From Adineta vaga (lineage: Eukaryota; Animalia; Rotifera), in NCBI GenBank assembly GCA_021613535.1, contig CP075493.1:4092001-4156000 (forward strand): 64,000 bases of DNA, given 5' to 3'. Below, in pieces: positions 1 to 14,369 of this stretch. Below the pieces are notes generated by a model. It worked only from the letters and a program-made list of their open reading frames with translations, was not told the DNA's origin and did not search any database. Each line of letters opens with the position of its first letter. Position 1 is the stretch's first letter. A program made the translations under genes and the position numbers.

Positions 1-1321
1 AGTAAGACGTCGAACATTTTCACATTGGCAGAAAGATACACAACGATATAGTGAACAAATGATTGCCGCTGGTTTTTTTGCATGTAATGTGAGCGATCGT
101 GTCATTTGTTTATATTGTGATATCATTTGTCAAGAATGGACAACTGATATTGATGATCCATTGGAGGTGCATAAAACTTTGTCACCTCAATGTCCTTATG
201 TTCTTGCAATGTTAACACATCCTCAATCGTCGTTAATGACAACAAACCTCAATGATATTCCAATCGATACTATTAATATTAATACTGAACCTGAATTTGA
301 TCAAACTATTCATACATCTTCATGCCATCCATTCTATAGTGAGATGACAAAACGTCTAGAATCTTTTGACACATGTTTACAAGAACGATCAGTATCTGTT
401 GAAGAATTCGCTCGAGCCGGTTTCTTCTATTCAGATTCTAATGATATTACAAAATGTTTTAATTGCAATGGTACATTATCAAAATTAAATTCCATTAATG
501 ATCCACTTATGGAACATATTCGATTGTATCCATTATGTGACTATGCAAAACAAGTGGGCGGAGATGAATATTGTCGAAAAATTCGAGAAGAGCAACGAAC
601 TAATCGTGGTAGATAATAACCGTTTTACACTTCTTATTTTTCTTTGCTTTTCGTTTCTTTAGAAAACGATAGAACACCTGCAACCTTCAATTTCAGTCTA
701 ATATCTCGTTATGTTGCAGCTCGAGTCGATTTATTTAGTTCACAGAATCTATTAGATCGATATTTTAAATTATCAGTAATAAAACGTTGTTGGGAAGATC
801 AATTACAAGTGAAACGTAAAAAACTTTTCATTTATAGGACTCTATTTTTCATATGTTCATTTTTCTGTATTTATTTAGAAGATGATTTTCTCGAATGTGT
901 TGATCTCTTTACTTCATGTACTATTCTTCAAAGACAGATCGATGTTATTCAAGGTAATAAAGATAACATTATCAATGTTGGTCAACGAATGAAAATGATT
1001 CGCGAGGGAAATCAATCGAATATGTTACCTACAACAAAACGTTCTACAATAAATCAGACGACGCCTGCAGAAACGGAACCAATTACAGCAATATCATCAA
1101 TTGAACCTACGATCACTAAAGAAATTAAGGCGATATCAGAAATAAAACCTGCAAGCAAAAAATCACTAGTAAATCCTTGTGCGATGTGTCGTGCAGAAGA
1201 GAAACAACTTGCTGCCATTCCATGTGGTCATTTTATAACTTGCATTGAATGCAGTCAGACACTTCGAATTTGTCCACAATGTCAGAAGGAAATCGCTGCA
1301 TACGTTCGAATTTATATCTGA
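1..1321 (+). CDS. Inhibitor-of-apoptosis protein (BIR-BIR-RING), 5' end outside the window
   Basis: The frame is open from base 2 (VRRRTFSHW...AAGFF...VICLYC...H...SPQCP). A second BIR follows (RLESF...ARAGFFY...KCFNC...EHIRLYPLC), then a C-terminal RING (CAMC...PCGH..TC..C....CPQC...VRIYI). GT-AG introns at ~609-662 and ~816-878. Confidence 0.9.
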
Positions 1322-2231
1322 TATCTACGTCCACCTTTTTGAACTATGAAGTTTATTCAAATATTTTCATCATCATTGTAATCTAAATGTGAGATGTAAA
1401 TCGAATGGAATTTCGAAGTATATCTTTTGTTTAAATAAATTTATACAAGAAATCGTAAACTAAGTATATCGCATTGTCATACATATACTTGTACAAATAG
1501 TGTGTCAACAGAAGTAATCTATGCAAGAATTTCAACTAGATAGGAAACTTGAAAACAGATATAAGGTACCATTTAAATTAAGAAGATTACAATAATGGTG
1601 TGATTACTTATTTTCGCTATCGCGCAACTTCAGATGCACATCCGTAATATCTGAAATGAATTTTTCATTTGCTATTTAAAATAGTTTTCAAGTAATTAGT
1701 CAAATAAGTACATCATCAAATCAGATGCTACTATCAACAGATCTAAAATTCAAACAGTAGTTCAAATTTTATCTGACATGATCGTATTTCTGTGCAATAT
1801 ACTAAAAGACAAAGTCTGCCTCGAAAAAATGTCTCTCAAAAATATAGAGGATAGTATCTTGGATAGAGTGAAAGCATCATACAAGCAATTTATTTCTGTA
1901 TAATCATCTTGTGATCTAAAAATTTTCGAATCGTGCTCTTTGTAACCATAATTGATTTTTTTCTAAATTTCAATAGAATCGGTCTCGAGTGCAATTCATT
2001 CTTCACTTTGATTGTTTTTTATTTCGTCAATAATATAATAACAATAGTAATTAGAAAACAAGAAGCCTTTATGAAAAAGTCAGCTTGCAATATTGTTAGT
2101 TAAGAGAAATATAATTAGGTTTTTTTCATTTTCGAATAATTTATAAATCTTATTTAAAAAAACTATCCGCATAAAAACACATCTCTGAAGAAAAATAATC
2201 ATAACAATTTCTTTTGAAATTTATTTGGATA

Positions 2232-4166
2232 ATGGTTAAAGAAGGAACTTCTCGAGCAAAAGTTAGTCGAAGACGTCGTCATCGATCGTTGGAAAATAAA
2301 GTAAGTTATTCAATCAAACAAAACTCTATTTTCATCTATGTTTCGTACAGCAAAAATCAGTAAAAACCAACGCATCGCAATCGACGAGACTCATTCATGT
2401 CTCTGTACGATCGACACCTAAAACTTCTTCCAACGACAAGCCCTCAGTGATATCTCACAAAAATACACAACCAATGCCAGATCTTACAAAGCATCATCAT
2501 CGACCTTTTGCTCAAAACTCGTTCAAGATAGACGATTGTACTGAACCATTGAAGAAAACAGCATATTCTGATAGATCCATTCATTTTCATTCATATCAAC
2601 CGTCAATTTTTGATGTAAAATTATCTTACAAAAAAAACTAACTAATTCTTGTCTTTTTCTCATGTTTACCATAGTTGAGTCAATACAGTATAAACCGAAT
2701 ATCACCAGAGATCAATGATCACTCAAAAATAACAGTGAACAGCTCAAAACTGTCAGAATCAAAAGTAAGCCGCATATTGATCATCCATTGGAAAGGAATA
2801 ATATGTGTACGACTAAATTTATTTATTCATAATTTTTGTAGATATTCCATTCGCATTCAAGTCGTCTTGGTATTATAACAGAACACCATGGTGATGCTAG
2901 TAGAAAGACGAAGAAAACGTACGTCATCTTATTATAAAAGACTACTTACATTTCAAATGTAAGCTTGAACACTTTTAGACGAAAGTATATCTGTATAGGT
3001 GTAGCCTTACTGATCGGTTTTCTGCTTTTATCATCGATCATTATAATTCTTTCAGTTGTTTTAACACGACCAAAAACGAAAACAACGATCAATCGTAATA
3101 TATTTGTGTTTCTAAACCTCATGAGGAAGTAACCTTGTTCTTGTTCTTTTCGACAATAGCTTCAGAAGTTAAACTACGTTGGAATCCGAATGGTATAACG
3201 GTTGCTGGGATCTCAGGTCAAGCAGGCGGTACAAGTGATCATCTAGTCTCCCCTTTTACGTTGGCGATTGATCATGTTAATACATTATATATTTCTGATT
3301 CTGGCTGTAATCGAATTCAACGGTGGTTTAAAGATGCATCTTCAGGTACCACAGTCGCTGGAAATATGAATTGTATGCCAGGCATAAATTCAACTGAATT
3401 AAATTCTCCTGCTAGCATTCTTCTGGACTCTGATAACAACATGTATATAGCAGATTCTGGCAACTCAAGAGTTATCTTTTGGCCAAATGGTGCTACATCA
3501 GGAAGCACAATTGCTGGTACTGGTAGGTAAACAAAGCAATATTTCTCAATTAAATGAATGATAAAGTTTTATTTTGTAGGGACTCTCGGTAACGCAAACA
3601 ATCAATTGTATACACCGTTTGGTATATCACGAGATTCTACTTCTGGTACACTCTACATAGCCGATTATGGTAATCATCGTATAATGCGTTATCCATACAA
3701 CGCTACTCATGGAACTATGGTTGCTGGAGGAAACGGTCCAGGAACCAATTCTTCACAATTCACTTATCCTAGTAGTGTTCATTTCGACTCATTATCGAAT
3801 AGTCTCATAGTTGTTAATTGTCTTAATAACAATATTGTTCGTTGGAAACTCGGTGATAATGATTGGACTTTGATTACTGGTAGTGCAAATGGATCGACTG
3901 GTTCGACTTCGACCCTTTTCAATTTTCCACTAACTGTGATACTAGATCCAATGGGAAATATGTACGTTACAGATGTAGTAAATCATCGTATTCAGTTCTT
4001 TTTATCCGGGGAAGCTAACGGTACAACTATTGCTGGTGTTTCCACCATATCTGGCGGGAATGCTACACTTTTGAGCGCTCCCTATGGCATAGCATTAGAT
4101 AATCAACTTAATTTATACGTTGCGGATACCGTTAATCATCGTATTCAAAAATTTCTACGATATTAA
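2232..4166 (+). CDS. Type II membrane protein with extracellular NHL-repeat beta-propeller (multi-exon)
   Basis: ATG at 2232 opens a basic low-complexity N-terminus across short introns. A TM helix (GVALLIGFLLLSSIIIILSVVL) lies at ~3000-3065. It is followed by WNPNGITVAG and repeated LYIAD..NHRI NHL motifs up to the stop at 4166. Confidence 0.85.
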
Positions 4167-4601
4167 TTATAACAGAGATGAAGTATATCTTTACGTATAT
4201 TATTAGAACATTGCTTAAAATAATGATCCTATTGTTTCACGCTTACTATTTTACTAGAAATAAGAGATAATGGAAATATTGCTTTTATTGAATAAAATTA
4301 TACATACTCTTAATTCATGAAGAGATAAAATTTTAATCTCTGCAAGTTTCTAACTATATATATGGACCAAATAACATTCTATCTTATCCTATATAAGTCA
4401 TCGAGAAAACTATTTTTGTATTATATTCCATCCATATGATATTATGTAATTTTATGCAATGAAATTCATTCTTCTACTTTCTTATCTATATAAAACATAC
4501 GCAGAAAAATAGTTGTTTATCAATTTAAATGTTGTTGTTATTATTTATCATCACTTATATCTTTTTCTTCTTATTTGATATCCTTATAGAAATTCATCAT
4601 C

Positions 4602-6729
4602 ATGGATGACACAAATTTTGGTGAAACAACTGTATTAATATCAAATACTGGTTTTCCCACGGCTGTTCGTGATGGTCGTTCATCTAGTCAAAGAAAATTA
4701 GCCATATATCTTATTCTAGCAAGCACTGTTTTCGAACGTTTAGCATTTTATTCATTAGCAATTAATCTTGTAGTAACATTAAAATCTACTGAACCTAATT
4801 GGAACTCTTTAAATAGTACCACTGCATTATTTATATTTTTAGGTAAGTTTCATAAATATTACAAAATACAAGAAAAAAAAAAAGAAAAGATTTTATATTA
4901 TCTTTTTATTAGGTACAAGTTATGTATCAGCATTGATCTTTGCTGCAGTGAGTGATGCTAAATTAGGTAGAGCAAAAACAATAATTATCGGTAAATAAAA
5001 GTATAATGGAATAGAATATAAAGTTGACTTGTTTTAATTCAAGGTTTTATACTATATTTAATTGGTTATATCTTTATTATGTTAATTGCTAATATTGGTA
5101 CACATGATTCTATATGTAAAGGTTCAACTCCTACACATAGTTCTGTATTTACTGAACATTGTGGACCACAGATTGTTGGAACACTTATTTTTATGTCAGT
5201 TTTCTATATTTCTAAAAACTTTATCTCAATAGTTGTCTTTTCATTTCTAGGGCTATTGGTGTAGGTGCTGTTCAAGCAAATATGGCTGTATTTGGTGCCG
5301 AACAAACTCAAGAATCGAAAATAAAATCACGATATTTTGATGAATATTATATAGCTGTAAATATAGGTGCTATTATTGCAACATTATCAATACCTTTGAT
5401 TCAAACGGATACAGAAAATGCAACAACTACGAATAATTATTTCTATGGATATTTAATTGCTATGATTATGCTTGTTACTTCAGCTGGATTATTCATTATA
5501 GGACGTAGATATTATATACATGTACCACCCTATGATACAGTTATTATGAAATGTATACCTGTGATTATCAATGCTTTTCAAACATGGTCGAAATATCGTA
5601 ATGTTCCTCAACGACGAAGTAACAGTGATCCTCGTTCTTCTCGACGACGTTCCTGGAATGGTCAAAATTCGATCAGTGATGATGAACCATTGATAAATGA
5701 TGAAGTATCTCTTTCATTTCTTGATTATGCAAAAGCAGCAAATCATGGTAAATTTACTGATCGAATCGTAAATGATGTTAAATCACTTCGACGAGCAATT
5801 GTTGCATTTCTTCTTCTTATTCCTTACTGGATTATATATTATCAAGTATGATCAAATGTTTTATTGTATTAATTAAATTTGATTTATTATATATCTATTC
5901 TTAGATTCAAATTACTTTTCCTTTACAAAGTCAACAAATGTACATTCCAATTCTACATAATACAGATCCAATGCCTGTCAGTTGGATATCTCTCGGTGAT
6001 TCTGTTACAATTATTTGTAAGTTAAATTCATACATTCAATTCTAATCTATTTGTTTCTCTCTTAGTGGGTTTACTCATTTTGAATCTATTGATTTATAAA
6101 CGTTCAGATGATCCAAGACAAACATTAACAATTCGACGAAAACTTGTTATTGGAATGATTCTAGCATCATTAAGTATGTGTATTGCTGGTATTATTGAAA
6201 TTATTCGACAAAATCAATGTATATTAGGTATTATATTTTCTCTTAAATTTCTCGAAATATTTCTATTGATTATATAGATCAATCTGATTCATCTTTGAAT
6301 ATTTTTGCACAATTACCACAAAATATCTGCATGGGTCTGGCTGAAATATTCGGCACTGTAGCTACTCTTGAATTCGCATATTTAGCTGCTCCACGTTCTG
6401 CACAAGCATTTCTTATGAGTTTACAATTTTGTTCATTAGGTATTTCATCATTTATTGGTCAAGCTTATCTTTCAGTATATTCAACAACGACAAACAATTT
6501 TGATTTCAGTGTAAGTACATCATAGAATGAATTAATTAAAGAAATATTTCTTTGTTTGTTTTTTCTCTAGTGTCAAAATCTAAATCGATGGACATTTACT
6601 TTATATTTCTTCGTGTTAGCTGGTCTTCAAATACCTTTCATAATAATAATTATTGCATGTGATAGAAAATTTCGAATATTGAAACTAAATCCCCAACAAA
6701 TTGAAACTCAACAGTTTCAAGCAAGTTAA
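4602..6729 (+). CDS. POT/PTR2 (SLC15-like) oligopeptide transporter, MFS fold, multi-exon
   Basis: Motifs FERLAFYS, SDAKLGRAKTII, FGAEQ...YFDEYYIAVNIGA and QLPQ....GLAEIF.....LEFAY..AP. Exons are joined by ~55 nt introns; TAA at 6727-6729. Confidence 0.88.
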
Positions 6730-6967
6730 ATCATTCTATAAATTCATTATTAATTTTTGTTATTTGTTTTTCAAAAAAATAAACTTTCTCACCCACCCAC
6801 CCGTATCGATATGAAGCATAAAAATATTCGCTTTAATTTCAACCAATCTTGTTCTTTCATTCAAATAATAGAGGATTGCAAATAAGAACATGTTTTCTCC
6901 GATGGATGATTTAAAAATGAATATAATAATTTGAAAACTTTTGACATACTTAATTTTGTATGTAATA

Positions 6968-9900
6968 ATGGCAGAGAAATATTCTTCATCTCCATATGAG
7001 AGAACAGTAAGTACAATATGACTCATCACAAGAAAAATCAAAAAACGATGACAAATTTGCTCGTCATCTCTTCTTCTTCTTCTTCTTATGTAGTTAAGAA
7101 TATGTTCATTGTATAAACAAGATCCAGATTCATGTCGTTCAGAATCATGTGTATATTTTCATCTATGTTATAAATATATTATCAACAATAAATGTCGACG
7201 ATTTAAGCTTCATGGAAAATGTCCACATTCTCATTCATTCTTTACTCTGCATAATAAACGAATTCTCGAAGAACAATATCGATTATCATTAGATGACGAA
7301 AATATTTTCGAAGCACTTTCGGATCTTATTGAATATTCTCGAAAGACATTGGAGCAATCTTCATCAAAGACGATACATGAACGTGATATTGACGATTCAA
7401 CATCAAAACAGGTATCAATTGACTTTGTTTTTAAAGAAAACAATCATTGATATTTCTTCCGATTAGTTGAAATGTTCATCATCTATCAAAACTAAACATC
7501 ATTATCATACTCAAACATCACATGAGATCAAATCGAAAGCATCGATTGATTCGACAAATTCTACACGACTGAGATCGCAATCATCAGATATTTTATCAAA
7601 AAAACGATCTCCTGCCACTTCACATAGTACAAATTTCATTGACGATGAAGAAGATCCACCATCATCCGAAAGTCGTATGTATTGATACGAAAGAATTGAG
7701 ACGTTTTTTTGTATAGATCTATTGCCGTATGTTTAGACAATGAAAAAGATGAAACAACAGCAAGTTCTTCAAATAAAAAATCGAAATTAAAATCGGTTCT
7801 GAGTAATTTATCTGGAAAAAAAGATAAATATACCTTAACATCTAATTCCAATGATTCAGTGGCAAATAAGACGGAAATAAAATATATTTTTCAAGAATAC
7901 AATCAAAACGATCAAGTAAATATTCTGATTTTCAAAAAAAAAAGACAAAAGATATCGACGGATATTCACTTGTCTTTTTAGTTAGCTTATCTTCATGGTC
8001 CTGTAAAACGATGTTTAATTGAACAACGAAAATATGCAATCACTCCATCTGGTTATTGTCAATCACTGACTAGTCATGAGGAAAAGAAAATTGACAAAGA
8101 TATTGAAGAACTTTTACCAACTCAATTGAAAACTGAACGTGTCAATTTCGATGACAACATTCTAGCATTGGTTAGTTCGACATCCGCTGCTGAACAACTT
8201 TTTGAAGAAAGTAAATCTATCAAAAATATTTCATTTATCAACATGAATAAATAATGATCTCTTGACTATTCAGATCAAACAAATTATGCCATTATTTCTA
8301 AAGCACAAACAGTTTCTTGTAAGTTAGATTGTTATGTTGATTGTCTACCAAATGATTTAATTTTAGTTAAAATGGAGATCATATTTCCTCCAAAAGAAAA
8401 AAGAGAACAATCAATGCTAACAAGTGTAACTAAAATTATATTTTTTTTTGAAATGAATCAATTTGATTTCTCTCTTTATATCTTAGACTTTATCTTCGAA
8501 ACTATCAATTGCATCCGACAAATCAACTGCAGTTCGTTTCCATATCTTTTCTCTTTTAAATCTCATAATTTGCTACTTTTCTAACTTCACAGTTATTATC
8601 AGATACTAGATTTCATATTTCTCATACTAATTCATCAATGGATCTTATCTACGGCGATATTACTGAAATACAAGTCGATGTAATGGTGTGTGTGTCAACC
8701 TCGATTACATTGTTAAGAAGTATTCTCGCTCGAGCTGGTGCTCAAGTCAATGCCGAATACAATCAGCATTCTCAAACTAAAAGCACATTTTTCCTGGATG
8801 GCGGATTGACTTCTGCACGAAAAATTTTGTTTATTCCTTGGAAATTAGAAGTTCAATCATCGGATGCATTTCGGACTCAACAAGTGAAAAATCTAGTCCT
8901 GTTCTATATAGCAAATCCTATCTTTTTATTCTATTAGTCATTATCAGAATTAGTTCAAAATTGTATTATGAAAGCTGATTATGAACATTTCAAATCAATC
9001 GCTTTTCCATCGGTAAATGAAATATTTGTAAATTTTTTTATTAGGTCGCTTTTTTTCTCCCGCAGATTGGAACTGGACAAATTGGTCTTGATACTCAACA
9101 TGTTTGCGAAGCGATGATTGATGCATCAAATAAAACTTTACAGAAATGTACAATGAATGTTCTATTCGTCTTGTATCCATCGAAAGAAACGAAATACAAC
9201 GATAAATCTTATCAAGTAATTTTGTTTTCTTCGTAAACTTTCATGAAATTATATTTTCTTTTATTGATAGGTATTTCGATCTTATCTAGATAATCTTTGT
9301 AAACAATCCGATTCGAAAAAAGCTGGAACAGCAAGTGCAAGTCATACGTCACATTCGATATCAATTCCTGTTAATAAAAGTCAACATATTTTTCGAGATT
9401 TACCATGTAAGTTGAATGATTTCCTGTCATTCATATCAATACGATGATCTATTTTCAGGTGCACAGATATCAATCGTATCGGATTCGAAAGATATGACTC
9501 GATATGATAAACAATTAATAAAATCATTGAAAGATTTAATGTCGGCCAAAGAATATGATCTTTCATTAGTTCATAAACCTTTTCTGAACTCGGATATACT
9601 TATTGACATATGTTTGGATCATAATGTTATTCCGATAATAAATTATTCAAAAGAACGATTAATTCTTCATGGTGATCAAGATTCATGTTCTCAATGTTTT
9701 GCTAATCTTCGTCGACAACGATTAGTTCATAGATATTATTATACATTGAAAACTAAGTTTAAAACTGAAGAAATTAAATTGAATACATTTGTAACATTAC
9801 AGATTGATGAAGCAAAAGGAAATGGAGAATCTTCGGTAATTTCAAAAGAAGATTTTTCTTTAAATTGACTCCAATCTTTCTTTTGATGATTTAATTAGAT

Positions 9901-10646
9901 TTTAATTCGTGATGATTCTCAAACAACTTTGGATGTTGATCTACGAAATTTACAAGTTTTTATAAATCGAAGTAGTCAACCGCATGATCTTTCTAAGAAA
10001 GAAATCGATAGTACATCAGAATGAATCGCTATTCGAAGGAAGTTCAAATCATTTTATTTTAGGAGATCAAAAAATTCTTCCTCCAAACACATGGTCTACA
10101 TCACAATTAATAATTCAAACAGTTAATATTCCATCATTTAATTCTTTACAATGTATTCGTATTTTCGAATACACAATGTCTCAACCAGAATGGTCGATTG
10201 AACAAGTAAATCATTTGATTTGAGTGAACATGTGATTTCCATGTTTGTTTTCTAAAGGTTGATGCCATTGAAAATTGGCCATTATATGTTCATTTCGCTC
10301 GAAAAAAGAGTACGCATGATATCATTGTTTTTCATGGATGTTCATTATCATCAGTTGGATCAATTATTCATTATGGTTTTCATTCTCTATCTGGTTTTTA
10401 TTGATTTGAATAATAATATTTTTTTAAAAAGTGCTTATCCATTCTTTCTTTTATTTAGAATCGATCAATTTCACTCGAGATGCATTGGATAGTCATATAC
10501 ATAATACACATCGATCAACTGATGGCACCTATTATATGTTTGCTGCAATACTTTCGAAAAAAGTTTCGGAAAAAGATGTTATACATTTATCAAATGAAGA
10601 TGCTCATTTAGCCTTACCAACACATTTAATTCGATATGAACGATGA
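6968..10646 (+). CDS. PARP-family protein: ZAP/PARP12-type CCCH zinc fingers + macrodomain + WWE-like + degenerate PARP domain
   Basis: Exon 1 MAEKYSSSPYERT splices to LRICSLYKQDPDSCRSESCVYFHLCYKYIINNKCRRFKLHGKCPHSHSFFTLHNKRIL. Macrodomain motifs are LIYGDIT..QVD and SIAFPS|IGTG. A WWE-like stretch reads LQIDEAK...LDVDLRNL. The PARP-like C-terminus reads IEQVDAIENWPLY...VFHGCS...IIHYGF...NFTRDALDS...YYMFAA...LPTHLIRY. Confidence 0.75.
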
Positions 10647-10790
10647 TTGTGCTTTTGTTTCTTTTTTTCTTCTCTATATGATTTGTTTATATCATTAATA
10701 ATAAACGCCGGTGACGACAAAATCTATTTATTATTATTTTTTTTCTTCTTTTTTTGCACATTCGATAAATTCAACAAAGAAAGAACAACG

Positions 10791-12581
10791 TCAAACTTCT
10801 AAATCAAAATCAGTTTTATATCTTACAGCTTGGTAAAGTTTTTGTTTTGCTGCAGCAGATAGATTACAATTATACAGATAAATTGTTTTTAAACTATAAT
10901 TATATTTGAATAAAGATTCTAATGTATTTATACAATCATCATTAATTCCTTGATTGTAATTGAGAAATAACCATTGAAGAGTAAAATTATCTTCGAGAAG
11001 TACTTTGCTTAATAATTCTACACCATGAGTAGTGATTTGATTATTAGATAACCATAGCCATGTTAATATTCGATTCGTTTTTAGCATATTTGCTATATAA
11101 CCGATTCCAACATCTGTTATATTATTTTCACCAAGATAAAGATGTTGAAGAGTCGATGGTTTCATCGATGATATCTGTACAAAAAGGATTTTTTATTATT
11201 AAACAAATGAAAAAAAAAGTTTACTTCGTTATTTTCATCATCCAATGCATTTGTTAATAATTCGATACCTCGATCGCCCAAATGATTTTTTGATAAATAT
11301 AATTGTGTTAATGTTCGATTTTTTCGTAACATTTCCGCTAAATAATGTGCACTTTCATAGTGATGTAATTTGATTCTAATTTCAGAATCTTTAAATTTGA
11401 ATGAATGATCTGTGGTACTAAAATTTCTACACCTAAATCTCCAATCGAATTATTTCGAAGATCTAATAATTCTAATGTATCATTTTCTTGTAAACCTTTA
11501 GCCAGAACTAAAGCACCTTGCGCTGTTATATGATTATTAGGTAGACGAACACGTTGACAACATCTTCTTGCTATGCTGTTCTTAACAATAAATTTCATAT
11601 CTCGATCGGTGATATTTTGTTCACTTAAATTAACCAAATTACTTTTACATGCAGCTATTAATTCTCCCAAAGTTATCTGTCGAAATTTCATACTTCCCGA
11701 TGAAGATTTTCGTATGGAAAATAACCCATTCGAATTTGTTTCACGTGAAGAATATCTTTGAAAAGAAAAGATACATTATCATAACGAGAAAAACATCTTT
11801 TCTTACTTTCGAACGCAAATTTTGGATCGAGTATAAAGAGTTCGCTAAATTCAGATTAGTCAATTTTTGAAAATATTCATCAAACATTCATTTTTCTTAC
11901 TGTTTTCAAAAGGAACGAAGATTGAATTTCTCGTAGAGTAATCAAACGCAAATCATTCCTTTTTTTTACCGAATCAATAACTTGAAATTTTGTACCAGGT
12001 AGAATTAAAACCGAATAATCCGATGATAAATATGTATGTTTACGAATATCTTTTATTGATTGACATTCAATAGTAAACATCGTTTTTGTTCCTTGTAAAT
12101 TCAATTGATCAAGTGTTGCTGAACATAAACCAAAATCCCACCAGAAAAGTTTCTCTCGTAATTGATATTGATCGCTTAAATCGATAGTATTTTCACGATA
12201 GACTGTCAATGAACTCGATGGAAGTCGTGTGAGAGCTGTAAGAAATAATTTTAAATATAAAAACCATGGTTGAAGTTGTTCATGATCTTTGAGACTTAAT
12301 GTTTCATTTAAAACATTGTAAAGACATTGCTCTTCTGGTTGCCAACCCATTGTATAAAGCATAATCGATGCAGATTCATTTGGTGTTAAACTATCCGAAG
12401 GATTTGTACATTTATCTTTAGCTAAACGAACATAATTTCGAATATTTGGCAGAAGAGGAATCAATGGTGTAACCGCTTGTTCAAGAGTAACAATTGGTAT
12501 TCGAGCAATACCATTTCGTGATAGGAGATAATCGAAAAAATCTTTATATTTTGTATTTTGTTTACCATGACATACACCCAT
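10791..12581 (-). CDS. ART (ARTC/NAD:arginine-type fold, degenerate) + RI/NLRC3-type LRR protein; one apparent frameshift near 11358
   Basis: Starts MGVCHGK at 12581. ART hallmarks: LEQAV.PL, LTPNESASIMLYTM, PWFLYLKLFLTAL..LP, VYR, WW.F..C, IEC...KDI..H. Introns at ~11900-11845 and ~11806-11756 link it in frame to LxxLxLxxNxIxDxG repeats. Confidence 0.8.
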
Positions 12582-14369
12582 AGTGAATATAATCCTGAGA
12601 AAATATAATGCAATCAATGTAGTGAGTGTATATAGATATACACGAGATAAAAGTCAATAATATAAAAAGCAAAACCTGGTTTTCGATATCTTTTAGTTGA
12701 AGTAAACAAAATCTAACTGTCTAAATGTATTCATTTTCTTCTTATCATTGAAAAATAGACATTTTGTCATCGAATGTTTCTCCAAAGTGTAAATAAAATA
12801 TGACAGTAATTCAGATATTATCTCAATGCAAAAAAAAAACAAATACGAATGTAGACCAATGAAAGTCATATGAAATATGCTATTCAAATCTCATCGAAAT
12901 ATATTTATGACTCTATAAAAACATACCTGTAGGAGATTTTCTGAACCAAGTTCATAAAAATTCAAGAGCATGAAAATGAGTTTTCTTCTCGTCGAACGTC
13001 GATAAGAAGAGAAGAAAAACACATGTTTCACATTACCTATGCACGTTTTTTCTCCTTTCTATCTTGTTTTTTTCTTTCATTATATATCTTATGACTACTT
13101 CATGTCAAAAGGTTGAAAAAGAAAATTAATTCTAGCTACTAGTATTCATCTAATTCCGACTAAGATAATAATCAAATACTTGTGGAGAACATGTGCTTAA
13201 ATCTCTATTAGATAAATTTCGAATAAATTTCTACAACGCAAAATCAAATAATAAATAATTACGATTTCGATTTTTTTTCTTCTTTTTTTTCAAAAAACAA
13301 TATTAGTAATTAATTATTACTTAATTTTCTTTTTCTTATAAAACAAATTTTGACTATTCAATTTTTTCAACGGTTAAATCATCATTCTATAATCGAATAA
13401 AAAAGACATATTCCGTACCTGTTGAATTATGCTTTCTACTTATAGCAATGTTAAATAGTTGAATGTAAAGAAAAAAAGGCAAAAAAAAATATCATGTTCA
13501 TAGATTCTTTTCATATATGTTTCTTCCGGTCCGATAGCACTGACAGATAATTGTCAGTCATGCATGATCAAATAATCTAGGACAAATCTTCAGTAGAGCT
13601 GATTTTTTTTTCAAAATGAACATTTGTATATGTATTCCATTTTTCCAGTAAATTTACACGAATACTGTTACAACAATCTTGATATTATGAAAATCATTTT
13701 CCAAGAAGCAACTATTATCTTATATTACTTCCGTATTTCCTCATCGTTGATTCTATTCTTTGATCATGTCAATATGAAATAGTTTAGAAAAAGAAAATTA
13801 ACCATAAATAATTTATTTCAAACTAAAAACAGATCAATCGGTGATAATATTGTCGTTTCGGAAAAAAAAAGAATCATACAAATATATATATATATGTTAA
13901 TACTGAGACAAAAAAAAATATTGTGGCCAAAAAATCGGGGTAACATCAGCACGTGAAGAGAAACCGGTATACAGCGGGTCCAAAGATTATTGATTTGTTC
14001 ATGTATTAGCAACTTGATTCATCTAAAAAGTTCAAAAAAGGAACGTAAATATAATTTGTTTAACTGTTAAAGTATGTTCTACTCTATTCTATGATTTAGT
14101 TTGTCTACGATTCGTTTTAAACTCCTCACTTTTCGTATATGAAACTTTGTTTTTATATTGATGAATACATCATTATTTACCTTTGAGCTTGTTTATTGAG
14201 TCATTTTTAACTTTTCTAATGAAACAAGTTGATAATGATGCATGAATAGGTCGAGAATTTTTGAATCCATGATATATATATATATATGTATGATCTAAGA
14301 CGTAATATCTATGTCTATTGAATTGAAAAGAACTATGACTAAAAGAGTTTAATAATTGGTTAAAAAAAG

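Noticed and set aside
12620-14360. Short ORFs and a slightly GC-richer patch at ~13920-13990
   Set aside because: No recognisable motifs or consistent exon chain; treated as intergenic.
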